From Marsupella aquatica (taxonomy: Eukaryota; Plantae; Marchantiophyta): a DNA stretch of 64,000 nt. Both the position numbers and the translations under genes were made by a program. Below the pieces are notes generated by a model. The model searched no databases. It saw only the letters and a program-made list of their open reading frames with translations, and was not told where the DNA came from. Below, piece after piece: positions 1-11,852 of this stretch; the first letter of the stretch is position 1; every line of letters starts with the position of its first letter. The stretch is from the NCBI GenBank assembly GCA_973895155.1, contig OZ316897.1, forward strand, positions 5,841,327 through 5,905,326, in the 5' to 3' direction.

Positions 1-581
1 TTTTGAATTAGTGGTCGGCTCCCCTTCCTGCCTTGGCTCTAGATCGTGTATGTCCATCTCATCCACCTCTTGCTCCTGAGAGTTAGGCCGCTGTGCTCTC
101 TCGGCTTCTAATAGGGCCTCAATTTGTTCTGCCCTCGTAATCGGCTTGTATGCCGATCCCTTGGTATTTAATTCCTTGCCGATGATCGATGGCGTTGTGG
201 ACCCCGTCGGCTCTGCCACAACGCCTGCAGAAAATCCACTATCCCTGCTACTGCTCCCCACTTAGCCGTTTCATCCAATTGGTCTACATCCTTTACTTCC
301 TCCGGAATTGCAGCTAAAAAGGTGGATTCTATTGTAAAGCAGTCCTCGACCTCCTCGTCTTCTTCTTCCAAGTCACCTTCCATTGGTTCTTGCCATAATC
401 CGCTCGGGGGTACCTCTGGTCCAAAGACACCTTCTTCGGTTAGGTTAGTGAGGCATTCTAACCAACGTACTTCATCGGCTGACTCCAGTCCACTGTCGTA
501 CCCATCTACTTCCCTTATGCTTTTCCTACGGTCATCCTTAGTGTCCCAGGATACCGTGATAGAGGGGGTCCCGAAAGTGAA

Positions 582-3161
582 CTACTTTTTACCCCAATCT
601 TCTATTACCTCGGCTAGGTACAGCCATGGCCTACCAATCAATAGCCAGAATGACGTAGGATTTACCGGCTTCATTACTACATAGTTAATGCTAAAGAAGA
701 TACCTCCTATCTCTGTCTTGATGCCGGTTAACACTCCCGTCGGAATGACCTGATATCCATTGGCCATGTTCAACACTCTTCCAGTCATCTCCGGTGTTAG
801 ACCCCACCCTTTTGCTGTTGAATCAATCATAATACATACCCCTGATCCTCCATCGATGGGTACCCGTAGTAATAATTCTCCTTGAATCATTAATGGTAAT
901 GCTGGGGCTCCTTGATCTTCTTCTATCATTAGTACGTCGGATCTGGTTGCTACCTTGGGTAATCTCGGCTTGCCGAGAATAGCCTTCCTTAATTGCTTCC
1001 GGAAGTACGGGCTATTTTTCAATAGTTGACCTACTATTGCCGAGACTCTAGATTCTAGTACATCTTTAGCCAGGTCATAGGGAACAATCGGCTTCTCTTC
1101 TGGTGGTGTTTCCGTCTTGGATTCGGCCAGTTTTGCCACGCTAGTCTCCACAGCTGTTGGGTCTTCCGAAGCAAACAATGCTTTTGCTCGTTTTACATCC
1201 TTGGCAATGGCTTCGGTATTCTCCAGGGTTTCTAATTCTCTTAGTTGTTCCTTAACACTAGCCGTAACAGAGGGGTAGAACAACTTAGGATGATCTCGAT
1301 TGAAGTCGCTATCTTGTGAAGGATTGGTTTCACTGGTGGGCTCATGGCTCACCTGTATTGCCGGAGCCCTCCCTTCTCCTTCTGTTGATGTTGACGAAGA
1401 GTCGATCCTTTCCTCCGTAACCTTCCCTTTATTTTTGGCCAGCCCATCCCACCTTTCCTTCCTTCTGGTAGATCGAGTAGAGACCCGGTAGCAATCATGA
1501 TCTAAATCCTCCTCTGAGAAGGTTGATAGGGCTTCGGCCTCATCATCAGATGGTACGAACTCTGCCTCGGCATCCTCTTGCCATCCTAGTTCGATGTGGT
1601 TGATTTGAACTCCTCCGGGGGTAGTACCTGGCGGTAAGATCTTGATCGGCAAAAGCTTATGATTTGCGGCCAGGCCTGCCAACCAAGTAGGACATTGCCC
1701 TAGCATATGACCTTCCTGTCGGCATCCCATACATAGCTGAGCTGGTTGTCCATCACCCTGTTTGCGTGCATTTGGGCATTCTCTAGCAAAATGGCCAGGT
1801 TGACCACAATTATAGCACGCCGCAAATCTTTGCACATTTGGCCTAGGAGGTACTGACGGGTTCTGAATAATCCGAGGATACATCTCTCCTGGATTGTTCC
1901 TTAACCCTGACCACAGAGATGCAGGTCTGTTGGATAGGTCTCGTGCTCCAGTCTCACTGATGCCGAAAACACTATCAGCGGCATCTCCCAAAAAGTACTC
2001 TACTTCTCCCTGACATGGTCTGATCTCGGCCACATGCCGAACATGATTAGTATTAAGCTTAGGACACGCATCTTTATGGTGTCCGGTTTTATAACATAAG
2101 GCACACCATACAGAGCTATCCTCGTGTACTACCTTCTTCTTTGGTTTTACCTCTGCAATGATAGCCTTAAGTTGCTCGGTAAGGGCTACGATGTTATCTG
2201 GTGGCTTAGCCTCCATCTTGACTTTCGTCTTCCCTCTCCTTCTGCCCTTCCTTTTCCTAGTTTTTTCTTCTTCAGAACTAGAAGATGACTCACTCTTGCT
2301 ACTTCCACTATCCGAGCTTGACTTATCACTTCTAGACTTCTTGGAATGTTTCTTCTTCTTATCTTTTTTCTTATGGGGTGATCCCTCCTCTGATGAGGAA
2401 CTCTCAGACTTAAGCTGTTTCTTCCGGCTTGTGATATCTGCATTAATGTATAATTGAATATCCTTAATTGCTTCGGCTAAAGTCTCCGGGTTCTCCTTCC
2501 TAATTGCAAAACTCATCTTCTGTGGCAAAGCATTCACCAACCATTGAAGTTGCATACCTTCAGATGCATTGTTCTTTGTACGTCTTACCAGTTTCTGAAA
2601 GCGTTGCAAGAACTTCCTGAAGGATTTGTTCTCTTTGAACCGAAGTTGTCCCAACTTCAGCACTGCTAGTTCTGAAGTTCCAATGGGTCGAAACTCCTTA
2701 ACAAAGAGTGTTTTGAAGATATCCCAGATGGCTTGATCTTCCACATCTAATGCTCTGTACCAAGGCCTAGCCTCACCCTTGAACAGGCCGGGAAGAATCT
2801 GCATCTTGATGGCCGATTCTCCATTTGCTGCAGCGGTTCCCTCGAAATCATCCAACCATTCGTCCGGATCCTCATCTCCTCTCCCATGAAATGCCTTGTA
2901 ATGTATGCGCGACCGCTGGCTCAATCTGGTCCCTGGCCTCTCGTCTGGCCGTGCCTCTGGTTCCCCCATGTCGGTTGGAGACTCACTTCTCCTTACCGAC
3001 TCTTCTTCTGGTATGTCTTCTTCGACGCCACTTCCAGTTTTGGAGCTACCAGCTCTTTTTGCCCCTCTCAGTCGCTGTGTATCATGCCACCCGGCGAGCT
3101 GCTGCAGTCGAGCTCTCTCCCGTTGAATCACTCTTTCTTCCCTCGGCGTAAGGTCAGTCAT
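582..3161 (-). pseudogene. gag-pol: Gag-protease portion of family A polyprotein
   Basis: Retrotransposon gag (FHGRGDEDPDEWL…EARPWY), CX2CX4HX4C knuckles (CALCYKTGHHKDAC, CYNCGQPGHFAREC, CMGCRQEGHMLGQC), protease IDGGSG…LLIGRPWL. The TAG at 582 is premature: the frame continues FTFGTPSITVSW, matching ELRIGEPTVRVSW in family B. Confidence 0.9.
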
Positions 3162-3208
3162 TACCTACGCTTCCGTTCTAACTTCATATCTCACGGCTTA
3201 AGAAATGC

Positions 3209-3226
3209 CCCCTCCATCTAGCGCCA
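3209..3226 (-). promoter_or_regulatory. Primer-binding site, tRNA-Asn type
   Basis: TGGCGCTAGATGGAGGGG, 4 nt from the LTR end. Complementary, with one mismatch, to the plant tRNA-Asn 3' end as I recall it (CCCCTCCTTCTAGCGCCA). Confidence 0.85.
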
Positions 3227-3230
3227 AAAA

Positions 3231-6194
3231 TGTGGTGCGTCCCATGGCTCCCTAAACCCAAGAAACCCCCCAGCTCAAGCCGATTCCCGCAGGTTTCGTG
3301 CTTGGCGAGGCCGTTTCCGCGGCTTAGCGGCATGGGACGCTGCTAACCTTCTACTACTACTATTAACATTTTACACACATATACTGGACAGATCCTTCAT
3401 CGGGTCATGAGATACGTAGCCGGCCTAATATAGGCCTTCCCCTGTCTTCCCCTGTCTTCTTGTTAGGTATGTTTGGATTCCGCCGCCGGAATGATCCCCA
3501 ATAGGCTTGGTTAAGCCGCTAAGACCTCTCTCAGCTCGACACATCCAACTCTCACTCCCCTGCTTACTTTCCTTCCTTCTGTTGATGTGGGCACTCTTCA
3601 CACAAGTTAATGCGACACACAAATAGCAAAATGACTCATTCTGACTGAGTCATACCATGCACTTGCCATACAAACAGTACATCTCATACACAAGTTCTGC
3701 GAACTAAGCCGTGAGGCCAACTCTATTCAGCTCTTAGGCATGAGGAAACATGAATATACACAAGGGTCACTGTATGACTAACCGAGAGCTTCTCGTACTA
3801 CTTGATCCCAGCCCGGCTGGTGCAAACTAAAAACTTGCTAAAGAAGAGGCCCTGAGCTCCCCGCTGCCCAGGTACTTATCCTGGTAGTGGATCCGCCATT
3901 CTTTGCATCGTAAGCCTAATCTACTTAACAGTAATCTACTTGCCCGAATCTACCTATGTACAGCAAGGCAGGAGCACAAGTGTTGCTCCTACCAGTGGGA
4001 CCGCAATCCCACTAAGCTAAGTGTCAGGGCCGCTCCTGGTTCTGATCCTAATCCTAAACGTGGAGATCCGCGCCCGCCCTGCCCACTCACGCCTCCTCCC
4101 TCCACGTCCACCCTCCCTAAAAGGAACGGCGCCCTTGCACCGTCACGACACCGGTGGTGGATCCTCAATGGACGCCCCCAACACTTCCTCCTCAGCCACT
4201 GCCGTTGGCCCGCCTACTGACAGATTACCTGCCCTTGACCGAGTCAACTCTCCATCGGCCTGACTGGGTCCACCTTCGGCTTCAGCCTCGACACCGGCCT
4301 CGGCAATACCCACGGCTTCGGCCTCAGCCACTCCCACGGCTTCGGCCTCCCCTTCCCCTAGGGTAGTTGGATCCCTAGCCGTGACCCTGTCTAGGGTCGG
4401 TGCTGGGTCTACCTCCTTGATCACCACGGCCTGTGAAGTCGTATTACTCCTTGACCCTGAAGGTTTCCGCTTCTTCTTCGTTGGTGGCTCGGCAGCTGGT
4501 CCCTTCCCCTTCCCACTTACTTCCGGCACTGGTGCAGGTGGCACGGCTTGTCCTTTGGCAAATACCACCCCTGGTAACTGGTTTTTCCCAACGGGAGATG
4601 GACCTGCTGCAGCTAAGCATTTAAATACTGCGGCTTGTTTCTTCAGCCGCTCTGTTTGGTTGTCGGCCCGCCGCTGTAGGTTCTCCATCTTCCTCGTGAT
4701 TTCCTCCAACTCCTCTTGGGTTTCATCCAGGTCCTTACGTGCCCCCTCCAGCTCGTTTTTGGCCTCCTCCTGCTCCCTGTGGGCTTCCTCCAATTCCTTC
4801 TTCAAGGTAGCCCTCTCCTCCTGGGTTGCTCTTAGCTCCTTGTCGAGCTCTGCAATGATGACAGACTCCATCTGGTTCATCTTGGCGTAAGTCTGTTCGA
4901 GCATCTCGTCCTTCTCCCTTAGGTCGGCCTTGAAGCTAGCCGTCAGGGACGCAAGCTCCTGCTGCAGCGCCATAATCCCTTGATAGGATTTCCCTAACTC
5001 GGCCTCCTTCTGCTCAAGGGCTCCGCGGATTTTCTCGAGCTCCCCCTTCAACGCCCATTCCTTTCTTTGGGTCTCCGCCATGGCCCGGCTGTTGGCTGTT
5101 ATGTGGGCCTCCTCTGTATTCTTCAGCTCTTGCTTCCACTTCTCCCTCTCTTTGATCGTGTCGGCCAACTCTTCCTGCGTCTGAGTCAGTTTATCCTTGA
5201 TATTCTGATTATCAGCCTGCGCGGTGTCCAACTGCCCCTGCATGATGTTCAGCTCATGTCGTTTAATCCGCAGTTCATCTTGGGCTTTCTTGGCCGCCCT
5301 TAGATCTTCAATCTCGGCTTCCATCCTCCTAAGCCGCCGAATGACCTCGTCCTTCTTGCTTCTCTCTAAAGCCACCGCTTCTTCTGCTCAGCTGGCTTCT
5401 TTGGTGCCGCCGACCTCGTTCTTTTTGCCGGGGTGGCTTCATCGTTGACGGCTCCCTTCCTCTTCATCTCTGCTGCCGTGGAGGTTTCTCCTAGCACCGT
5501 TGCCTGGGTCCACCTTTCCGTGCTACCCTTTAATTCCTAGTGTATGTCGTTGCAGTTCTTGATGGCCTCTCGGATGCCGACGACGCTGTCTTTGCAGAAC
5601 AGAAGATCGTCGAGTTGATTGGAAGTAGGCGTCCACAGGAACTCGTCCTTGATGAGTTCGCCTCCTAAGAAAGCCGTCTTCTGCAGCTCCCACAATCGAG
5701 CGAGCTCCTGCCGTTCTCGAGCTGCCCTTTCTGACTCCTCGTCCTCGTAAGTCTTGATGTACTCAGTTGCCCGTTCGAACAGGCATCCCCAGAAATGTGC
5801 CGCTTGATTGACGTTGCTCATACCCTCCTTAGGTCGATCGTCGGTATCTACTCTCTCCCCGAGTGCTTGCCTAAGCAGCTGACAGTAGTTGGCCTCCCGT
5901 AGTCGTCTGCCTAGTTCGTGCTCGCAAATGAGCCACCATCTCCTGCAAGCGCTCCTTACCCCTCTCCTCTGCCGGTCCTTCTTCCCGTTGATCCTTCCTA
6001 GCCGCCGACGCTTAACGCGCCCTAACCCTAATCGGGTTTTCACCCTCAGCCTTACCTCCGGCCTCTGCCCGGGTTCCATGGTTGCCCCTAATTGTTTATA
6101 TTTTCCTTGTTTTGTCCCTATACTAAGGTGTTCCTAGGGTGCCTTCCTGCTTTACCCACTTAACCGGCCGAGTGATTCCTGTCTAGGCATCACA
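3231..6194 (-). repeat. 5' LTR of family A (~2.96 kb), contains ORFs
   Basis: Termini form an inverted repeat with 7/8 identity (TGTGATGC…GCACCACA). One end abuts the PBS, the other abuts the interrupted pol of family B. Confidence 0.8.
4143..6079 (-). pseudogene. LTR-encoded accessory ORF(s) of family A: 180 aa (5537-6079) plus 410 aa coiled-coil (4143-5375)
   Basis: Two consecutive same-strand ORFs in different frames, separated by ~160 nt of coding-like sequence. Long heptad E/K/Q/L-rich region followed by PPTKKKRK (NLS-like). Confidence 0.65.
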
Positions 6195-9100
6195 ACGTGG
6201 AACAACTCCTCATCCGGAAAAATATCATCAATTGGCTGATCGACTGGTACGCCGTCCAGTCGTGAAAAGAAATCGGCATTGAGGTGTACCCTTCCTGGCC
6301 GAACCCGAACTTCGTAATTAAATTCCTGGAGAAGTAGCACCCACCGGGCTATCCGTCCTGTCACATCCGCTTTGTTGACCATGTACTTCAGGCTATCATG
6401 ATCCGTGTGGAAAATGACCTTGTAGCCTAGCAGATAGTGTCGGAACTTTTTACACGAGTAGATTATTCCCAAAGCTTCTCAATCAGTGGGGGAATAATTC
6501 TTTTCGGCTGCAAATAGTTGACGGCTAGCGAAATAGATGGGGTGATCACGTCCATCCTCATCTAGCTGACTAAGTACGGATCCGATACAGAACCCTGACA
6601 CATCGACATACACGTGGAACTCCTTATTCCAGTCTGGGGTGACCATGATAGGCGCGGTGGTGAGTCGTTTACGGAGTTCCTCAAAAGCAATCCGTCTTCG
6701 GGGTGTCTCCTCGACCGCTGCGTCCTTCTTCATCATCTCAGTTAAGGGCAACGCAATTTTAGCAAAGTCTTTAATGAACCGGCGGTAATACCCTACGCAG
6801 CCCAAGAAGGATCGTACTGCTTTTTGATCCAAGGGGAACACCACCGCCATCCAGGCCGCAACTTTCTCTTGGTCCACCTCAATGCCCCGTTTGGACACAC
6901 GATGCACGAGTAACACCCCCTCCTCTACCCCGAAGAAGCATTTGGCGGGATGTAGTTTGAGGTTAACATCTCGGCATCGTTGCAACGTTCGTCGTAGGTG
7001 TTCGGGGTGCATGGCAACGGTTCCGAAGATGGCAAAGTCATCGATAAATATCTCCAAAAATTCCCGTAGGAAATCGTGGAAGATATTCATCATAAGGCGC
7101 TGAAACATAGCCGGGGCGTTACACAGACCAAAAGGCATCCTCCGAAATGCGAACGTTCCCCACTCCGTAGTGAAAGTTGTTTTGAGCTGATCCGCGAGAC
7201 GAATCCAGATTTGGTTATAACCTGAATACCCGTCAAGAAATGTATAGATTTCATTTCGGGCCACCATATCTAGAACCATATCCGTGAATGGTAATGGGTA
7301 ATGGTCTTTTTGGGTTGCGTCATTCAGCTTACGGTAGTCCTGACAGATACGAATCTTAGGTTTTCCATCCGTACCTCCCTTCTTTGGTACAATGACAATG
7401 GGAGAGACCCAGTCGCTGGCCATTACCGGGTAAATGATATCGGCGGCGAGGAGACGATCAATTTCCTCCTTCACTAAGATGGAGTACCTCGGATTCATGC
7501 GACGTTGTCGCTGTCGTACCGCATGGGCTCCTAGGTTCAGATCGATTGTGTGTTCTCCCAACTAGGGGGAGACGCCTGTTAAATCATGATGACTCCATGC
7601 AAACACATCTTCATATTCCTTGAGCAAAGCTTGGATGGCTTTTTCAGCCTTCCCCGTCAAAGCGTGGCCCAGGTTAAAAGATTTGTCCATCCCAATAGTG
7701 TACTTCCGGTAGTGCTCCTTCCTGATGACTTCAACCTGGTTTCGCAGACTCGGGTCCAGGCTCGCGTCAAGCTCAGCTAACCGAACCCCTCCGTACATGG
7801 GTGGGACCGGGATTGGTCTCGGGATGGGGTTTACTTCCTCCAATTGCGGAATGGACGGATCCCATGAGACTCGCTTTTTATGTCTCGGTCTCGAGTTTTC
7901 GGCCTCAGGCGGTTGTTGGGCTGGTTCATGGTTACAAGGCTCTGAAATGGAAGGAGTAGCCTTGGCTCCCTGCTTGGCTGGAGCCGTGTCCTCCATCTCG
8001 ACGAGTTGTTCGTGCGTTTCCTCATCCCCGACAGTAGATGTACTTGGGGTGGACTCAATGGCAGCCCTCGGGTAATTTAGGAGATGTGTTTCTCGGGTTG
8101 CTTCAACTCCGAAGACATCTTCCTCGGATAGGGACGAGATGAGTTCGATCATATTGAGTTCCTCTTCCTCCGAGGTCTCCGAATCATATTCCTCGGGTCC
8201 TTGTGGGGTTTCTCCCTGATAATCGTCCATTGCCCAGGATACCCGTACGGTGGGTTCCCCGATCCGTAGCTCCTTCTTTCCCCAATCCGTGACTACATGG
8301 CCACCGTACAGCCACGGCCTGCCCAGAAGAACCGGATAAGAGGAGGGACGAACCGGCCTCATGACTAAGAAGTTGAGATAGAACTCTACCCCTCCCACCA
8401 GAGTGAGCACTCGTGTGAGCGTGCCTAATGGGAGGACCCTTGCCCCGTTTGCTAATCTGATAGCTCGGGCCCTGGGTTGATACGTGAGGTATCCTAACTT
8501 GACTGACGTTTCTTCAGTCATGATGTTGACTCCCGCTCCTCCGTCTACAAGAACCATCTTGATGGTACAGTTATTAATTTCGATCGAGATGTCCGGCGCT
8601 CCAAGGTCCTCGCATATCATGTTGCAGTCCGCACTCCCAACTCGGGGTAGTCTTCTCCTTTGGCGACCCATGAGCAACTCCCTCAGTTGTCGTCTGTACT
8701 GTGGGTTGTTCTGCAGCAGTTGCCCCACCGTCGCTGTAACCGGGCAACTCTTCACGTCCTCCTTAATATCATAGTCCTCCTTTGTTTCTTTCGTTGGCTG
8801 CTGCTTGGCTTCCTCTTGTTTATCTTGCTTTTCTTGCTCCTGACGTCGGGCTGTCTCGGCTGCTTTGATGTCCTTATCGATTGCCTTCTGGTATTCCCGA
8901 GCTTCGTAAGCCTCCAGCTATTTCTTTACCAATTCTTCGATGCGGGGGAAAAACAGCTTCGGGTCGTCCCGTCGGTAGTCATCGTCCTTTTCCGGGGGTA
9001 TATTTATCGCTGGCTGCACCGGAGTAGTATCTTGCTTTTTCCTCCATTTCTCCTCCGTCTTTTCTTCCTTCCGTTCGGCCCTTGTCGACACTCGGTAGCA

Positions 9101-10828
9101 CTCGGCCTCATCCAATGGATTAGGGTGTTCCGCCACGTCCACCAGATTCACCCACTCGGTGTTGTCATCTTGCCATTCTACAGCAATCATTTGGACGACT
9201 GCATCGCTCGTGACTGGTCCAGCCTGGGCCGGTCTAGCCGCACTCGTTCGAGCAGCGATTACCAACGGACAGTTGGCCGTGGAATGAGCCTCCGTTTTGC
9301 AAACTTGACATAGTGGGGTGCCTCGGCCATCTCCCTGACGTCTTGGTTCGGTGCATTCCCTCGCAAAGTGTCCTGGCTTTTCACAGTTGTAACAAACCGG
9401 GGACTGCCAAATCCCTGGCTTAGGAGGGATGCTCGGGTTACTGATAACCTGGAAACTCCGGCCATTACTTGGGTAGGGGTACGCAGTTCTACTCGCTAAA
9501 TTACGCGGACCAACCGTTGAAATCTGGTACACGGAATCAGGAGGGTCCTCAAAGAAATACTCCGTGGACTCCGATTCGGGGCCCGGGTTGTCAACATCAT
9601 CCAGCTCTACTTGGTGAACTCGGTTCTTCCACCTTGGGCATTCCTGCACCACATGGCCGGATTGGAAGCACTTTGAACACCACGCATGGGCTCGAATCTC
9701 AGATGGCTTCTTCTTCTCCACCGGCTTCTCCGCAAGATGTATTGACAGTGCTTTGAGTCGATCCGTGATTTCGTTCAGCTTGTCTGCTTCGGCAGCCTTT
9801 GGATCTGGTATCGTTCTTCGCGCCCGGGGTTTAATCTTCCCCTCCTTCTTCACTCGTCTCTTCTTCTTTTTGCTCCGGCTTTCGCTCTCCAAGTCACTTC
9901 CTGATGAACTGGAGGTAGAGGATCCGATGCTTGAAGCTGAATCCGAACTGGATTCCGTCTCGGAGCTGGACGAGGTCGAACGATGTTTCTTCTTCTTCTT
10001 CCGTTTCTTCTTCCTCTCGTCGTCCGATTCGGAGTCACTGTCACTGAAGGTTTCGTACTTACCCTTCCTGCGGCGTGCTCGCTAGCTCCGCCGGGAGTTA
10101 TAGGTGGACTCCCGGTAAGTTTCGGCGCACGCTATGGCCGCCTGCATTGAAATTGGATTATTCTGGCGTACCCAGAATTGCATATTCATGGGCAAACCAT
10201 GAAGGAACCATGTAAGCTGGAGCGCGTCTCCTGGCCTGGGCCGGATCTTGGCCGCAAGTTTCTGAAACTTCTAAATGAACTTCCGCAGGGACTCTTTTTT
10301 TCCCATGCGAAGCTGGCCAATCTTTAATAGAGAACGCTGTTCTGATCCAATGGCATGAAACTCCTGCAGCAATGCAGCTTGGAATTGTGCCCAGGTAGTC
10401 CCGGGTGGTAACGAGTTGTACCATGGACGAGCTTCTCCCCGCATTACTCCCGGGAGGACGGTTAGCTTAATGGCGTCTTCCCCATTAGCTTTAGCAGTGG
10501 CTTCAAACTCATCCAACCATTCATCCGGATCATCCCCATGACGCCCTTTGAAAGGTCGATAATGAAATCGCGATCGTTGCGATATTTGTGGAGGCGCCTG
10601 AGCAGCGCGGGCCACCGGTGGAGCGGCTGCCATAGGTGGTGGTGGTGGTGGTGGTGGAACCGCAGCAGGGCCGGTCGAACCGGACCCCAAAGATCCCGAG
10701 GGTATGTTCATACGTCGAGACGATTGCGAGTCCTCCGAGCCCGATGAGTCGGAGCTTGTTGTGGTTGCACTTTCTCGTTCGCTGGTCAATCTCCTCAAGT
10801 AAGCTGCTTGAGAATGAGTGACGGGCAT
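6195..10828 (-). pseudogene. gag-pol: gag-pol polyprotein of family B with five in-frame stops
   Basis: ORFs starting at 10828, 9892, 8755, 7561 and 6472 are all in one frame. Motifs: 3 CCHC knuckles, protease LVDGGAG, RT (LDGYSGYNQ, MPFGLCNAP, FIDD), RNase H (VDVSGFCIGSVLSQ, TDHDSL, NADFFSR). Confidence 0.93.
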
Positions 10829-10921
10829 TTACTCATATAAATGCAATGGTTAGTACTACGTCCTGATGTATCCTGCCTAGGTGAATACGCACATGTCTCC
10901 CCTCTACGATATGTAGAGTGC

Positions 10922-10939
10922 CCCCTCCATCTAGCGCCA
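10922..10939 (-). promoter_or_regulatory. Primer-binding site, tRNA-Asn type
   Basis: TGGCGCTAGATGGAGGGG, identical to the family A PBS, ~95 nt upstream of the gag ATG. Confidence 0.85.
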
Positions 10940-11852
10940 AAACAAAGGCTATGTCACATCGTAGGCTTCGGCCTTAACTCAGACTTCAGCTTAGACGGGC
11001 ACATCCCTCGTAAATCTGAGGGTTCGGGCAGGAAGGGAAGCACGTAATGCACCTTATTCTCGTAAACTAGCGCTAAGTGCGCATACTGCTAAATACGGAC
11101 ACCTCCTAGGTATGGTTTGTGTTCCACCGCCGGAACGTACCTTAGTCGATAGCAGGATCGACCCCGGCTTAAGGGCTTCTAAGCCTTCGTGCTGTCCGCC
11201 TTCGATCCGGATTCGATGATACAGGTCCTCAACCCGTGCTCGCAACCACTTACCCGCAGGCTGCACCCTGTGCACGTCTCGGGTAGTGCGTTCGGCCCGG
11301 CGCTGCCACCCATATACGAGAAACCCACACACATATGCGCACACATGCATACAATCTCGATTTACACGAAGGAAAAATGATGGGAAAGGATTTTACTACA
11401 AAGGGAACATATGCGTACACTTAGTTGACACGACAGCCCTGGAATGCACAGGTTCAAGGCCAAGGGTGCACACTACAACGGAGCCCGGCTCTGCACTCGC
11501 CCGGTGAGCTTAGTCCTACCCCCTCCCCTTGGTACTCTGTCATTCCCAGAGGTCGGGACTCCCCGCATGTCCCGCGGATGTCCGACTCTGAAACTAAAAA
11601 CCCCCCCCCTTGCCTCTACCGAGGGGTGCACTAAATACTAAGAGCCGAGGAACGGGGCGTCCTCCCGCCGAAGATCCGCTGACCAAGGTCCTAACTAAGC
11701 TGACAGTCAGGCCGGAAAATGGCTGTGTCTTATTAGAAGATCCTAATCTACGCAGGCTGGACAGCAGGGCAGCGCTGCTGTACCTAAGGCAGGTGCCTGT
11801 CCCAAGAGCCTGACTAAGCCAATCCTAATCCTAATCTATTCCTACTCCGCCG

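Larger units (their letters stand above)
1..6194 (-). mobile_element. Ty3/Gypsy LTR retrotransposon family A (5' part; runs off window start), inserted into pol of family B
   Basis: On the - strand: TG-initiated 5' LTR (6194-3231), tRNA-Asn PBS, gag with three CCHC knuckles and an aspartic protease. Its 5' end interrupts family B pol just after RNase H (…DEELFHV|). Confidence 0.9.

Noticed and set aside
3231-4150. Ordinary ~920-bp LTR for family A ending at CACGACA (4150)
   Set aside because: It leaves 4151-6194 without boundaries. The 6194 end gives a longer inverted-repeat match, coincides with the break in family B pol, and mirrors the family B architecture. It cannot be fully excluded without the 3' LTR.
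7562-7564. Programmed stop-codon readthrough between protease and RT
   Set aside because: It is one of five scattered in-frame stops, some inside conserved domains, so mutational decay is the simpler explanation.
8660-9313. Antisense ORFs over gag-pol and the LTR genes (e.g. 217 aa, 185 aa, 169 aa)
   Set aside because: These are shadow frames of GC-rich coding sequence with no independent motifs.
11597-11620. G-rich purine tract (AGAGGCAAGGGGGGGG, also at ~63620-63637) as a PPT marking the start of a short LTR
   Set aside because: It is not followed by a TG terminus in either copy, and both copies share an upstream terminus 3.3 kb away.
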